From: Mayamaea pseudoterrestris
Lineage: Eukaryota
Length of the DNA: 64,000 nucleotides
Direction: 5' to 3'
Assembly: GCA_027923505.1 (NCBI GenBank)
Contig: BROI01000011.1
Coordinates: 496,001-560,000, forward strand
Of this stretch, positions 41,517 through 52,180 are shown piece by piece; position 1 is the first letter of the stretch, and every line of letters starts with the position of its first letter. The notes under the pieces were generated by a model, which was not told the origin of the DNA, did not search any database, and saw only the letters and a program-made list of their open reading frames with translations. The position numbers and the translations under genes were made by a program.

Positions 41517-44138
41517 ATGACTGAGGTGAATCATGCAAGTAACAAGAGACCAGGTCAAGACTTGGAGGAAGAAGATGAATCATGGATGAATGTAGTCGTG
41601 AACAACCACCATGCAGCAGCAGCAGCAGCAGCGTCGTCGTCGTCACCATCATCCCCCATGGATCTTTCGCATCACGAACATTCGACGCCGCCTCGCAAAC
41701 GGCTCTTTGTAGACGCAAACATCAAACAAGAAAGAGCAGATGATGACGGAAGAGAAGAAGAAGTAAAGGATGAGGAGGAGGAAGCCATGGCGGATTTATT
41801 AGAAATCAAACAAGAGGACGCAGAGCACGACGACGACGACTACTGCAGCTACATTCCACCTGCTCTTTCATCCGTCACCTTGACCAAGGAGCAGTTGAGT
41901 ATCTTAGCCTCCTGTCCGCCTCCCACAGCCGCAACGAGACCACGCCGAAAGGCCCAGCTCTTTCGCATCACCGCCGCCGCCGGCTCCGGCAAGACCACCA
42001 CGTTATTGCACTTGGCCGTGCAAGCCTATCGCAAGGGCCATACGCACATTACCTACTTGACCTTTGGCAAGGCGGCCGCCGCGGAAGGACGGAACCGCAT
42101 CCTGCAAACGTTGGCGGAGCAAGGGTTGCTGCAGAATAACGTGACGATTAACGCGCGGACGCTTCACTCGGCCGCCCACATGCTCATCGCCAACGACTTA
42201 AAAAACGAGTCGGACGAGGCCCTCGTCCAGTGGGACGAGAAGCGACTCAAGCGCTATATCTCGGAAGTTTGTGCGTCCGATATTGATAACTTTATTGACC
42301 GCGGCTGTCGCGCATTTATCATGAAAACATATCCAGTGGCGCAGCACAAGGAAGCGCTCAACAGGGCGCGCAACCAAGTGGAAACGTTTATCTTCAAGTC
42401 CTTGCAGCACTTTTGCCAGTCGGCCTGGTCGCTCCCGGAATACTTGACTGGCGTGAGTGCATTGACTGGCCAGGAAATATTTGGTCGCGACTACTATCCC
42501 GCCGCGCTGTTTCACGCGGGTTCCAAGTGCAAGAACGACGAGGAGAGACGCCACATGATTTTTCCGATACACATTTACGCCAACATGGTGGACTTTTACG
42601 CCCAGCAGGCGCACAAACTATTCGTCACTGCCATGGAGCAAAAGCTGTTTACGTTCGACTTGTGCATGAAGCAGGCGCAGCTGTCGCAATTTCAAATTCC
42701 CGGAAGCATTATACTGCTGGACGAGTCGCAGGATTTGGACGGCTGTCAGGTGGACTGGGTGGCGCGAATACAGGTGCAGAGGCATGGCACGCACGTTTAC
42801 GTGGTGGGTGACGCGGCGCAAACCATTTACGGCTTTCGTGGCGCCAAGTCGCAGAATTTGATGAATTTGAACGTTGACAGAAACTTGTCGTTGCTGGGAA
42901 GCTTTCGGTTTGGTAAGGCGATTGCGAATATTGCGCAGTGCATCTTGTTCGCCAAGGAAGTTTCGGATCAAACGTCGCAGATTTGTGATAGATCTGCGTC
43001 ATATGATAAACGATATCGGGACAAGGTCTGGTTGCCCTATCAGATCCATTCGGCCATTGACAGAGAATGCTTTGCCATTACAGAGTCCTTGATTCCCCGC
43101 TGGCGTGACAAGAAATTTACTCTAATTGGACGACGCAATTCGAGCTTGGTTTCCGCTATACTCACTGCCTTTACGCGCCGCACGTTAAAGGACGAGGATG
43201 ATCCGGAAGGACCTGCTGACTTTTTCTTTGACGCTGGCAGTATTCCCAAGATTCATGTTGCTGGAGGTTCCAATTCTGGTGCCAAATTGTTTTCGTCAGT
43301 GTTTAAAAGTATTCATTGCCTCATGGATCTCTACCAAGGCAAGGTCTCGTCACTGCCCGACAAGGATTTTCCCGAGTTTGCTGGCAGCAAGAATTTGACT
43401 TGGGCAAGCTTTTGTGAAGATGCGCATGCGCGCGAAATCAACAAATATATATTTCCAGTTGACTTGATTGAACTATACCAGGAAAATACAATGGAGGCGG
43501 TCGACTTTTTCAAGTCGCAAATATTGGACAAGCGCATCACGGCCGAGGACGCTGACATTATCCTCACCACGTGCCACACGGCCAAGGGACTGGAGTGGGA
43601 CAATGTGCAGCTATGTGACGACTTTATATCCCTCGACAAGGAAGCCAAGCAAGACTCTCGCAAGCTGCACGTATTGAACGGGTATCGTTGGGATACTGTA
43701 AATACTTACGGAAAGTGGCTATTCGATCTCGGCATATTTCCCGATGACATTAACCTCTTGTACGTGGCCTGCACCCGCGCCAAGCACATCTTGTCCGTCC
43801 CGCCACGGCTCGTGACTTTTTTAGACAAACTGGATGACATGTTTCGCGAGCGCCGCCACGGCATCAGGGATGCGCAGCTGTTCAAGTCGCTGGTGTGGCC
43901 GCTGCGCCAGCGATTGGGTTTGTCGATGGACGGCAATGATTTGCTCAAGGACTTTTTGCTCACGTCAAACTACTTTGGTGAAGCAGAGGCGGAGTTTGAA
44001 GATGATGCAGACGACGGCAATGGCGAGGAAGACTACAATGGCGACGAAGACGAATTTGACAACGACATGAATGCGCTACCTTCATTGCCTATCGTGACGC
44101 AGTCCATACCAGAGGAGGCGATTCCAATGTCGCTCTAA
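41517..44138 (+). CDS. SF1 UvrD/REP-type DNA helicase, FBH1-like
   Basis: AAAGSGKTT, LLDESQD, VGDAAQTIYGFRGA, SFRFG, TCHTAKGLEWDNV, NLLYVACTRAK. Confidence 0.9.
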   Translation: MTEVNHASNKRPGQDLEEEDESWMNVVVNNHHAAAAAAASSSSPSSPMDLSHHEHSTPPRKRLFVDANIKQERADDDGREEEVKDEEEEAMADLLEIKQEDAEHDDDDYCSYIPPALSSVTLTKEQLSILASCPPPTAATRPRRKAQLFRITAAAGSGKTTTLLHLAVQAYRKGHTHITYLTFGKAAAAEGRNRILQTLAEQGLLQNNVTINARTLHSAAHMLIANDLKNESDEALVQWDEKRLKRYISEVCASDIDNFIDRGCRAFIMKTYPVAQHKEALNRARNQVETFIFKSLQHFCQSAWSLPEYLTGVSALTGQEIFGRDYYPAALFHAGSKCKNDEERRHMIFPIHIYANMVDFYAQQAHKLFVTAMEQKLFTFDLCMKQAQLSQFQIPGSIILLDESQDLDGCQVDWVARIQVQRHGTHVYVVGDAAQTIYGFRGAKSQNLMNLNVDRNLSLLGSFRFGKAIANIAQCILFAKEVSDQTSQICDRSASYDKRYRDKVWLPYQIHSAIDRECFAITESLIPRWRDKKFTLIGRRNSSLVSAILTAFTRRTLKDEDDPEGPADFFFDAGSIPKIHVAGGSNSGAKLFSSVFKSIHCLMDLYQGKVSSLPDKDFPEFAGSKNLTWASFCEDAHAREINKYIFPVDLIELYQENTMEAVDFFKSQILDKRITAEDADIILTTCHTAKGLEWDNVQLCDDFISLDKEAKQDSRKLHVLNGYRWDTVNTYGKWLFDLGIFPDDINLLYVACTRAKHILSVPPRLVTFLDKLDDMFRERRHGIRDAQLFKSLVWPLRQRLGLSMDGNDLLKDFLLTSNYFGEAEAEFEDDADDGNGEEDYNGDEDEFDNDMNALPSLPIVTQSIPEEAIPMSL

Positions 44139-44334
44139 TAAGTAGTGACGAGTGGGCGAGGCGGGGTGGGTTCATTTCTTATACATGTTTCCATTTTGTA
44201 GTTTCAACTACAAGCTGAACTACACGCTAACTATGTATGTATAATAAACTTTTTGCGTTATCCATTTCTTTATCAAGTATGCTGAAAGAGCAGCAACCTC
44301 GCCATACATCTTTGTGAGCACCCTCTCTACTGCG

Positions 44335-45330
44335 CTACTTCCGACACGTTTCGTAATGTTCCACAAACCAGTCCACACTCTTACGAATACCCTCCTCCAT
44401 GGTCGTAAACTGGTAGTCTGGCTTGAATCGCCTCAACTTGGTGTTGGAGGCCGTCTTTTTGAACTGCCCATCCGCCTTGGTCTTGTCAAACACAATTTCG
44501 CCGTTAAAATCCATCGCCTTGGCCACTGCCAGGGCCACTTGCTTGATGGAAACTTCCATATCCTCATCCACCGAGAGTGTAATGGGATTGGGATCGTCAT
44601 TGTAGTCGCGCAATACCCACACGGTGAGCTCCGCCAAGTCGCGACTGTATATAAACTGCCGCAGCGGCGTGCCGCTGCCCCAAATGCAAAATGGAGTGTT
44701 GTGGAGCTTGGCCAAATAGCACTTGTGAATGAGTCCCGGCACAACGTGACCATGATCAATGCTGAAATTGTCGTTCGGCCCGTACACGTTGGTGGGAATA
44801 ATGCTGGTAAAGTTGCACTTGTATTCCTCGAAATAGGCGCGATTCATCGTGTCAATGAGTCGCTTGGCGTAGGCGTAGCCTTCGTTGGACGAGTGCGGCG
44901 GCCCGTCGTGCAGCATGGTTTCGTTTATGGGAAAGGTGGTTTCGTTGGGGAAAATGCAAGTCGACAAGAACGAAACGAGCTTGGTTACCTTGTAAATGCG
45001 GCAGCACTCCATGACATTGTCGTTAATCAAAATGTTTTCGCGAAAGAATTCCACCTTGTGCGCCATGTTGGCGAACAAGCCGCCCACCTTGGCGGCCAAG
45101 TGAATCACGTGGGTCGGTTGGTGCTTTTGGAATATAGCTTCCGTGGCGGCGCGGTTTCGCAAGTCGCCGTCGGAGCTGCCCAAAAAGATCCAGCGTTCGT
45201 TGGAGCTGCTCGAGTCGGTGGTGGAGTCAATGTAGTCCTTAATGGCGGCTCCAACGAGTCCCGTTCCTCCAGTCACCAAGACGATCATTTCGTCTGGCTT
45301 GTCGTTATTGGTGCTAGTAGGTTCGCTCAT
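44335..45330 (-). CDS. GFUS: GDP-L-fucose synthase (GDP-4-keto-6-deoxymannose epimerase/reductase)
   Basis: VTGGTGLVG, HLAAKVGGLF, LSTCIFP, GYAYAKR, WGSGTPLRQFIYS, DGQFKKTASN. Confidence 0.96.
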   Translation of the reverse strand: MSEPTSTNNDKPDEMIVLVTGGTGLVGAAIKDYIDSTTDSSSSNERWIFLGSSDGDLRNRAATEAIFQKHQPTHVIHLAAKVGGLFANMAHKVEFFRENILINDNVMECCRIYKVTKLVSFLSTCIFPNETTFPINETMLHDGPPHSSNEGYAYAKRLIDTMNRAYFEEYKCNFTSIIPTNVYGPNDNFSIDHGHVVPGLIHKCYLAKLHNTPFCIWGSGTPLRQFIYSRDLAELTVWVLRDYNDDPNPITLSVDEDMEVSIKQVALAVAKAMDFNGEIVFDKTKADGQFKKTASNTKLRRFKPDYQFTTMEEGIRKSVDWFVEHYETCRK

Positions 45331-45634
45331 GGTGAAGGAATGGGTCTGTTTGTAGTTTGTATAGCACAGCTTGTGCTCCCTCCAAAGAATTATGCGGCGC
45401 AGAGGCGTGGAATCGCTGGTCATTTTGGCGAGGGCTTTCCATGCACACACACGTCACGCTTTTCAAAATCCGTAAATTTGGTGACGGTCAGGCGGCTGCG
45501 AGCTAGCTACCCGGTAAGTATCTATTACTCTTATAACTCATACAAGCTACCGATATTATCCAAACAGAACATGTAGACATTTATCACCATATAATTATAT
45601 CTAAGCCTATTGCACTTGCATTGCTCACATTTAT

Positions 45635-47623
45635 TTATACACTCGGCGCAGCCGACAGTGTTGAATCAATCGCCGTGGGACTGTTGGAAGTGCTGCTTGG
45701 CAATGACGCGACACTGGGTGCATCGCTCGGCCAGGGACTACTAGCAGAAGTAGTGGCGGTTTCTGAAACTGGAGCGGTTGCCGTTGGAAACTGCGTGACG
45801 GGAGCACGCGTGAGAACGGGAGTACTCGTTGGAGCAACCGTGTCCATCTTCGACGGCATTGTCGAGGGAGAGCTAGTGTCCATCGCAGCAACTGCCGCCG
45901 TTGGAGCCTGCGTGCTAGTTGCTTCCGTCATTGTCGCGGTCGGAGACGCGCTGGGTGATTTCGTTGGAGCGGTAGTGGGAGATGCGCTTGGCGATTTCGT
46001 TGGAGCCTTGTTTGGAGACAAACTTGGCAAGTCTGTTGGAATAGAGGATGGAGTGGCAGTGTCCAACTTTGTCGGAACTGCCGAGGGAGCGGCAGTGTCA
46101 ACCGCTACGGCCGCAGTTGGTGCGTCCGTCGTAATCACGCTCGGCGTCGAACTAGGTGACTGGGTTGGAGCGTTTGTCGGCGACGAGCTTGGCGACTTGG
46201 TTGGATTGCCTGTTGGAGCAGTAGTCGTTGGTTCCTTCGTTGGAAGGGGACTTGACTCGGCCACAAACTGAATGCTTGGAGCGTCACTGGGCGAGAAACT
46301 GGGTGACGGACTTGGCAAGCTGCTGGGGCTTTTCGACGGCCGGGCCGAAACGGAAGGCGAGGCTGATGGCGAAACACTTGGCGAAAGGCTTGGCAAGGCA
46401 CTCGGAGACTGACTTGGCTGGCTGCTTGGTGATGTCGATGGAGCTGCACTGACCGTGGGCTGGCTGGAAGGACTGCTTGAGGGGCTGGTCGATGGCATGC
46501 TTGAAATGGTCGGAGCTGCACTTGGACTGCTGCTGGGACTAGTTGATGGCATGGAACTGATGCTCGGCGCACTGGACGGTGAGTCAGATGGAGCTCCTGA
46601 CGGCATGGCCGAAATAGTTGGAGCTGCACTGGGTGTTTCTGATGGGGCGCTGCTTGGAGCCGCCGAAACTGAAGGTGACGCTGATGGCAAGCTGCTCGGA
46701 GCAGATGATGGCGTGCTACTTGGAGAAACACTAGGCGAGGCAGACGGGGATGCGCTGGGTGCAGCCGAAGGCAAAGAGCTGGGAGACGCACTTGGCGATG
46801 AGCTCGGTGCTGATGACGGAGCAGCACTCACCGAGGGTGCAGGTGAAATAGTGGGCACCGGTGACGGTACATCGGATGCGGGAGCTGTTGTGTCCACCGA
46901 CGCTGCTGGTGCCTTGGTATCAACTTGAGCGGTGAAGACTGGTGCTGTTGTCAATGTCGATGCGGCTGGAGCAGCCGTGGCGGGTGAAGCGGTCACTGGG
47001 GTCGTCGCTGTCTCAACCTCGGCCAAGCTGAATCGAATCCAAGCCTCGCTCAATGTACCTCGCGCGACAAAATCAGCCTCTCGCAAGGTGTAGCAAAAGT
47101 CCTTGACGTAAACCTTGTACCATGCCGTGTCTTCGGTAGCAGCAGAATCCCAGCCATCGTACCACACAACGCCAGAAAAGTTTGGATTCGCGACAACTTC
47201 GTCGCTGTACGGAAACCCAGTCGTTTGGATCGACTGCTGGGTTTGCGCGCATTGAATGCCAGCTCTAGAGCATACAATCTCTCCAATAGTGGATGAACCT
47301 GGTGGACTTATGCACACATTTACTCCAGCCTGTAGCGCCGCACCAGAAGCGTCGTCGTAATACAGTGTTCCGCTACCATCGGCGACAGCGCCAATACTCT
47401 GTCCATCCAAACTCACTACCCAATTAGAAACCGAGTCTGGCGTCAGGTCTGTCGTTGAGCCTTGATTGTTTTCCCACATGTAGTGGTTGGCGTCCAAAAA
47501 GATTCGCACCTGTAGGCCCTTGGACGATGTTTGCAGCTGACGCCTCCTCAAGCCGCGCAGCAAGCTATAGTCGGCCGAAGCCTGCTGCAAGAGGAGCAAA
47601 CCGAATACGTTGGCAATCTTCAT
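45635..47623 (-). CDS. Secreted protein: signal peptide, RRRQLQ motif, unrecognised ~170-aa domain, long P/S/T-rich stalk
   Basis: Signal MKIANVFGLLLLQQASA; domain paralogous to 56033-56881; many PSxxPS and PTxxP repeats. Confidence 0.85.
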   Translation of the reverse strand: MKIANVFGLLLLQQASADYSLLRGLRRRQLQTSSKGLQVRIFLDANHYMWENNQGSTTDLTPDSVSNWVVSLDGQSIGAVADGSGTLYYDDASGAALQAGVNVCISPPGSSTIGEIVCSRAGIQCAQTQQSIQTTGFPYSDEVVANPNFSGVVWYDGWDSAATEDTAWYKVYVKDFCYTLREADFVARGTLSEAWIRFSLAEVETATTPVTASPATAAPAASTLTTAPVFTAQVDTKAPAASVDTTAPASDVPSPVPTISPAPSVSAAPSSAPSSSPSASPSSLPSAAPSASPSASPSVSPSSTPSSAPSSLPSASPSVSAAPSSAPSETPSAAPTISAMPSGAPSDSPSSAPSISSMPSTSPSSSPSAAPTISSMPSTSPSSSPSSQPTVSAAPSTSPSSQPSQSPSALPSLSPSVSPSASPSVSARPSKSPSSLPSPSPSFSPSDAPSIQFVAESSPLPTKEPTTTAPTGNPTKSPSSSPTNAPTQSPSSTPSVITTDAPTAAVAVDTAAPSAVPTKLDTATPSSIPTDLPSLSPNKAPTKSPSASPTTAPTKSPSASPTATMTEATSTQAPTAAVAAMDTSSPSTMPSKMDTVAPTSTPVLTRAPVTQFPTATAPVSETATTSASSPWPSDAPSVASLPSSTSNSPTAIDSTLSAAPSV

Positions 47624-48604
47624 TCTCGTATCGTTTGATTATTTGTAATTGTTGCGGAGGTGAAAAAGCGAAATGAAAGAATAATCTGTGTCGGTTGTAG
47701 TCCGGTTTGAAATTTCCGCCAGCGAATGAGCGATGCCATCGCTCGCCGAACGAGTACCGCTCCGACTCTGAACATCAGCTACCCGTCATGTCCTGCAACG
47801 TTGTACCGGTAGATTGTCCCGGTAGATTGTCTTGTAGCTCCATGCCATGAATCAAACAACAAACACAATTACGGGTAGTTGCAACAAAGAATATCATAGC
47901 TGTTCTGAGATGCAGGATGTGTGGCAGGTCAAGCGAAATCTAGCGGACGCGTTCAAAAGCTCAACCGTTTTGGCGGGTATTCATGCAGGTGTGCAGCGTT
48001 TGCGTGAATCAATCGCCTTGCATATTTGATGCTGACTTTAAAGCCCTTCTACTATCGACACAAAACCTCAATGTGACAGACTTGTGCCACATACTGTTCA
48101 AACGTGTGTCATGCTCATTCCATTCTAGTACAAGCTCACAGTCAGTTGATGTTAACGTAGCTGCGCAGCCAACGGCCAGCAAATCGTGTCTCCATGAAGC
48201 AAAGTCAGCAAGTATTGCATGCAAGTCTATCACACTCGTCTTGAGCAGTCGCAAGTGGCACAAATGGGTACCGGAAAGACGCGTGTAACGATACGACAGT
48301 ACACGGTGCGGAGACCGTCAAAACTGCAATGATCACCATGAATCGCAAGATCATTTTTAGTTTTGCGTGAAACAACTCGACTACAAACCAACAAATACAG
48401 AGGAGAAGGGATATAGAGTCGCTATAAAGGCGTTGGCGATAGCTAGGATGTGAAACCGGTCAGACACTGTCACGCGTGCGCCGCAAGAAAACGGCTGCTT
48501 CACGCAACAAACCGAGTCCGTCAAAACGTCTCAAACTTTATACTAACTTCAAAGCCCAATCGCAATTATACGCGCTAACATTCAGACAAAGAAGTCTATC
48601 TACA

Positions 48605-50071
48605 ATGACGCTCATCTTTTGGAAGAGTGGGAAGAATCTTGGTGACTTCCTAAAGGAGCTGAAGGGCATTGACAGCACTCGAGGTTGCCTTAGTATCACG
48701 CAGCGTTTCATCGACGCTTCCGTGTCTCTGAACGCTGAGCCTTTCGAAGAGCTTTGTAAAGCCATGAAGACTTATTGCATTCCGCTTCTTAAACTCGACA
48801 ATGATGTCACCGCTTATTTTGACAGGAGCTCCACCCGAGCCCTGTCGACTGAGCAGCGGAGGGCTCGCATCGAACATATCTGCGCGGCACTTGGCTCAAA
48901 TGTTTCGTTATGCAAATTCTCCATGCCATTAATGAGATTTGAGTTTAAGCTAGCCGGCATCTTGCTTCGCAGTCTTCGACAGGTAGACAAGCTCGAGCTC
49001 CGCGAAGACGGTTTCCCAACGAATTCTGACCTTGCTCGTTTGCGAGATTTACTCGAAAGACATCCGTTGATATCGGAGGTAGAGCTTGCCATCAGAACAC
49101 GAAACTATCGAACCGTTCTTCCAGTCTTGTCGACGTTTCCCCTGCTGTCAAAAATTAAATTTCATCATATTTACAACGATATGCCGCGAGTTGCAGTTGC
49201 ACCTGAGGACGGGCAGGCTGTGGGAGAGTTGATTGCTGGTAAACGTACACTGCGAGATGTGTCGTTCAATTATCTTATTTTTGGAGATGGAGCATCGTGT
49301 CACTTTGTTTGCGACGGTCTTCGGAATTCGCGAATAAGCAGCATGGAGATGAATTTTTGTGAAATTAACGATCAAATGCTTGCCACTGCGCTCACCAATT
49401 TACCATTGCGCACAATCAATGTGGATAATATGGGAGTGTTGTATTTATGGTCGACCACGCTTTCAGAAAGCCAAGCCCGTTACGATGTGGAGATGGTCAG
49501 AGTGACAAGAGTCCCTATGGACGAGCGCTTTGTGAACATCATTCTCCAGCTCACACATTGTCCAAATCTGAAGAAACTTGTTCTCGAGACGAGACAATAT
49601 TCCGATGGTATTGATATCGCTCTGGCGGAATGCGTCGACCGATGTCCCAAATTGGCCACTATTTATATCGGTTTCCCGAACACGTTGCCGGGGTTCCCCA
49701 ATATGTTTTCATGTCCCTTGCCGGCTCTTTTCAAGAGCATCATGTCCAACTACACTATTCAGGTGAACTTTGGGGCATCGCACCAACCCCAAAACGGAAC
49801 GGTTGCTGATTCAATTGAGCTTTTACAAATGGTATCAAGCCTCAACCAAGCAGGTCGCATTTACCTTGCAGAAGACCCAAACAACCAGCGCAAAGGTTTC
49901 GCCGTGCTCGGCGAGGTGAAGGACAATTTGAACAGTTTATTCTTCCACTTGCGCGAGAATCCCCTGCTTTGCCGACGCGGATCTGCTTTGGAGGCCATTA
50001 CGGGGCAAAAGCGACAAGCAGCGGCGGCTGCTGTAGATGAGCGCCCCGCGACTCGTGCGCGGTCCACGTAA
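48605..50071 (+). CDS. RNI-like/LRR protein of the diatom-expanded type
   Basis: Degenerate LxxLxL repeats (CPNLKKLVL, CPKLATIYI); C-terminal LNQAGRIYL...LNSLFFHLRENP. Confidence 0.7.
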   Translation: MTLIFWKSGKNLGDFLKELKGIDSTRGCLSITQRFIDASVSLNAEPFEELCKAMKTYCIPLLKLDNDVTAYFDRSSTRALSTEQRRARIEHICAALGSNVSLCKFSMPLMRFEFKLAGILLRSLRQVDKLELREDGFPTNSDLARLRDLLERHPLISEVELAIRTRNYRTVLPVLSTFPLLSKIKFHHIYNDMPRVAVAPEDGQAVGELIAGKRTLRDVSFNYLIFGDGASCHFVCDGLRNSRISSMEMNFCEINDQMLATALTNLPLRTINVDNMGVLYLWSTTLSESQARYDVEMVRVTRVPMDERFVNIILQLTHCPNLKKLVLETRQYSDGIDIALAECVDRCPKLATIYIGFPNTLPGFPNMFSCPLPALFKSIMSNYTIQVNFGASHQPQNGTVADSIELLQMVSSLNQAGRIYLAEDPNNQRKGFAVLGEVKDNLNSLFFHLRENPLLCRRGSALEAITGQKRQAAAAAVDERPATRARST

Positions 50072-51111
50072 TGGTGCTTTATAAATTTGCTCAGCCGCTA
50101 GCGCGGCTCACATAATGGAGGTTTATAGATAATGCTCAGCCGACATATAGTTTATATGATTTAAAAGTCTGTAAACTATGCGTGGCTTCATTGTCCAATA
50201 AATTTTCAACAATCGAAAGCCAACGTTTCTCCAATGCGTTTTGCTCCACGCCTACATTTTTCTTCTTCCACCAGCGTCCAAGCACTTGTAGTACTACTAG
50301 CTGGTAGCAATGTTTCCGCAAGTACATTGTATTCACTGGCACATCTTGACTCATTCAAGCAGGGCCTCTGGTCGAAGAGATGAACATGTGAAGCAACGGT
50401 GTGCTTGTCACTACTAGAAGGCTGTCATATATATTACATGAACAATTCTGGAATAATTAGGTCATGTATTCCGCGCGAATTCTCATGCAGCCAACGTTAC
50501 CGCAACACTACACTACCGCAGGAGCGTTTGGCGTGGGTGGGCTGATTTAAGATAGCTGACATTGCTAAATGACGTCATACAAAATATCGCTCCGGTACTC
50601 GATACCGCTCTACTAGAATCACCATGGAACGAAGATGAAGCCCTCATCGCGGTTGTGTTTCAACTCAGTGATTCGAAGGGTACGTGACTGCCTCTGCTTT
50701 GCTTAGGCTTGCTGTGAATGAACGATACTAGACGAGAAGATTATATAGCGGAGAAATAGTAGCGCTCGATACTTGCGACAAAATGCGTTGCGCGCCTCAA
50801 TTCGAGCGGCGAACTTGGAGCTGTTGCATGCGCTGCAAACGTGCAGCTCGAGCATGGGAAAGGCTCCTCATCGCGCGCGAATAAATCAAGGGAGCTCGCA
50901 AAATATTGTACTGCAGTTTTGCATTGCCGAGTGCGCTCGAGTCGAGTCGAATGATGCGCGACGAAGCGTATCGATGTGCACGTTTGTTTCGTTTGCGTCT
51001 CGTACGTCTGGATCATCGTTATCAGCTCTCCTTGATACTCACCTGCATTTCTTCACTAATTTATAACAGAAAATTCACTTCATTAATATATTCAACTAAA
51101 CAAAATAAATC

Positions 51112-51765
51112 ATGGGTCGCCGTCCAGCTCGTTGCTACCGCTACCAAAAAAACAAGCCCTACATCAAGTCTCGCTACTGCCGCGGCGTGCCCGAGAGCAA
51201 GATTCGCATCTTTGACTCGGGCGCCAAGAAGGCTCCCGTCGACCAGTTTCCTTTCGTTGCGCACTTGGTCTGCGACGAAAAGCAGCAAATTTCCAGTGAA
51301 GCGCTCGAGGCCTGTCGAGTTGCCATTAACAAGCACTTGACCAAGAACATTGGCAAGGACAATTACCACATTCGCATTCGCGCGCATCCCTTTCATGTGT
51401 TGCGGGCGAACAAAATGTTGTCGTGCGCCGGCGCCGATCGACTGTCGTCGGGAATGCGTCACTCGTACGGTAAGCCGATTGGAGTGGCGGCGCGTGTGGA
51501 TATTGGACAGATTCTGTTGAGCGTGCGCTCCAAGGATACGCACGAGCCGCACGTTATTGAAGCGATTCGTCGCGGCAAGTTCAAGTTTGCGGGGCGGCAA
51601 AAGATTCTCAAGAGTTTGAAATGGGGTTTCACGGCGTATCCGCGTGAGGAGTATGTTAAAATGCGACGCAACGGAGAGTTGTCGGCGGATGGAAACATTG
51701 TCAAGGTTCACAACAGACGTGGATTGTTGGAGAAGAGTGCCTTGTATCAGGCTGGACAGGAGTAA
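51112..51765 (+). CDS. RPL10: 60S ribosomal protein L10 (uL16)
   Basis: [38 protein letters not shown]. Confidence 0.99.
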   Translation: MGRRPARCYRYQKNKPYIKSRYCRGVPESKIRIFDSGAKKAPVDQFPFVAHLVCDEKQQISSEALEACRVAINKHLTKNIGKDNYHIRIRAHPFHVLRANKMLSCAGADRLSSGMRHSYGKPIGVAARVDIGQILLSVRSKDTHEPHVIEAIRRGKFKFAGRQKILKSLKWGFTAYPREEYVKMRRNGELSADGNIVKVHNRRGLLEKSALYQAGQE

Positions 51766-52180
51766 ATTGGAAGGTGACCATTGCATTGGTGTTTGGAAGG
51801 AGTAGAAGGAAGAATTGATGCGGGAGGAGGCTTGTTCGTTCACATCGATCCAGCAATTAATTAGACTTTGTTACCCTATATATTTTTTGACTTCCTCATG
51901 TAGCATATACTTTGTTACTTGTACTTCCTCGTGTCGCGTAACTGTCGAGTGCTACGTTTACACAGGGTGGTGCGACGTGGCCATGCCAGCTGCCAGGGAG
52001 TTCTCGTTTAGCAATTTGTCATGTGTTTTTCAAGTTTGCAACTCGTAAAAATGTGAAATCCTTCGTCCATGGACTTGCTCTAATATCCTAGTCCGGACCT
52101 GCATCAAATTTACAAGGTTAAGTGGTAATCACGTCTAGTTAAAACTAGCTACTTTCTATCGGTGAACCAAATGAGCCCCG

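Noticed and set aside
44314..45576. 420-aa plus-strand ORF
   Set aside because: Exact antisense shadow of GDP-L-fucose synthase; explained by codon bias, with no motifs of its own.
47700..48450. Short ORFs between the secreted gene and the LRR gene
   Set aside because: No coherent frame or motifs; treated as intergenic.
51061..51843. 260-aa minus-strand ORF
   Set aside because: Antisense to the highly biased RPL10 gene.
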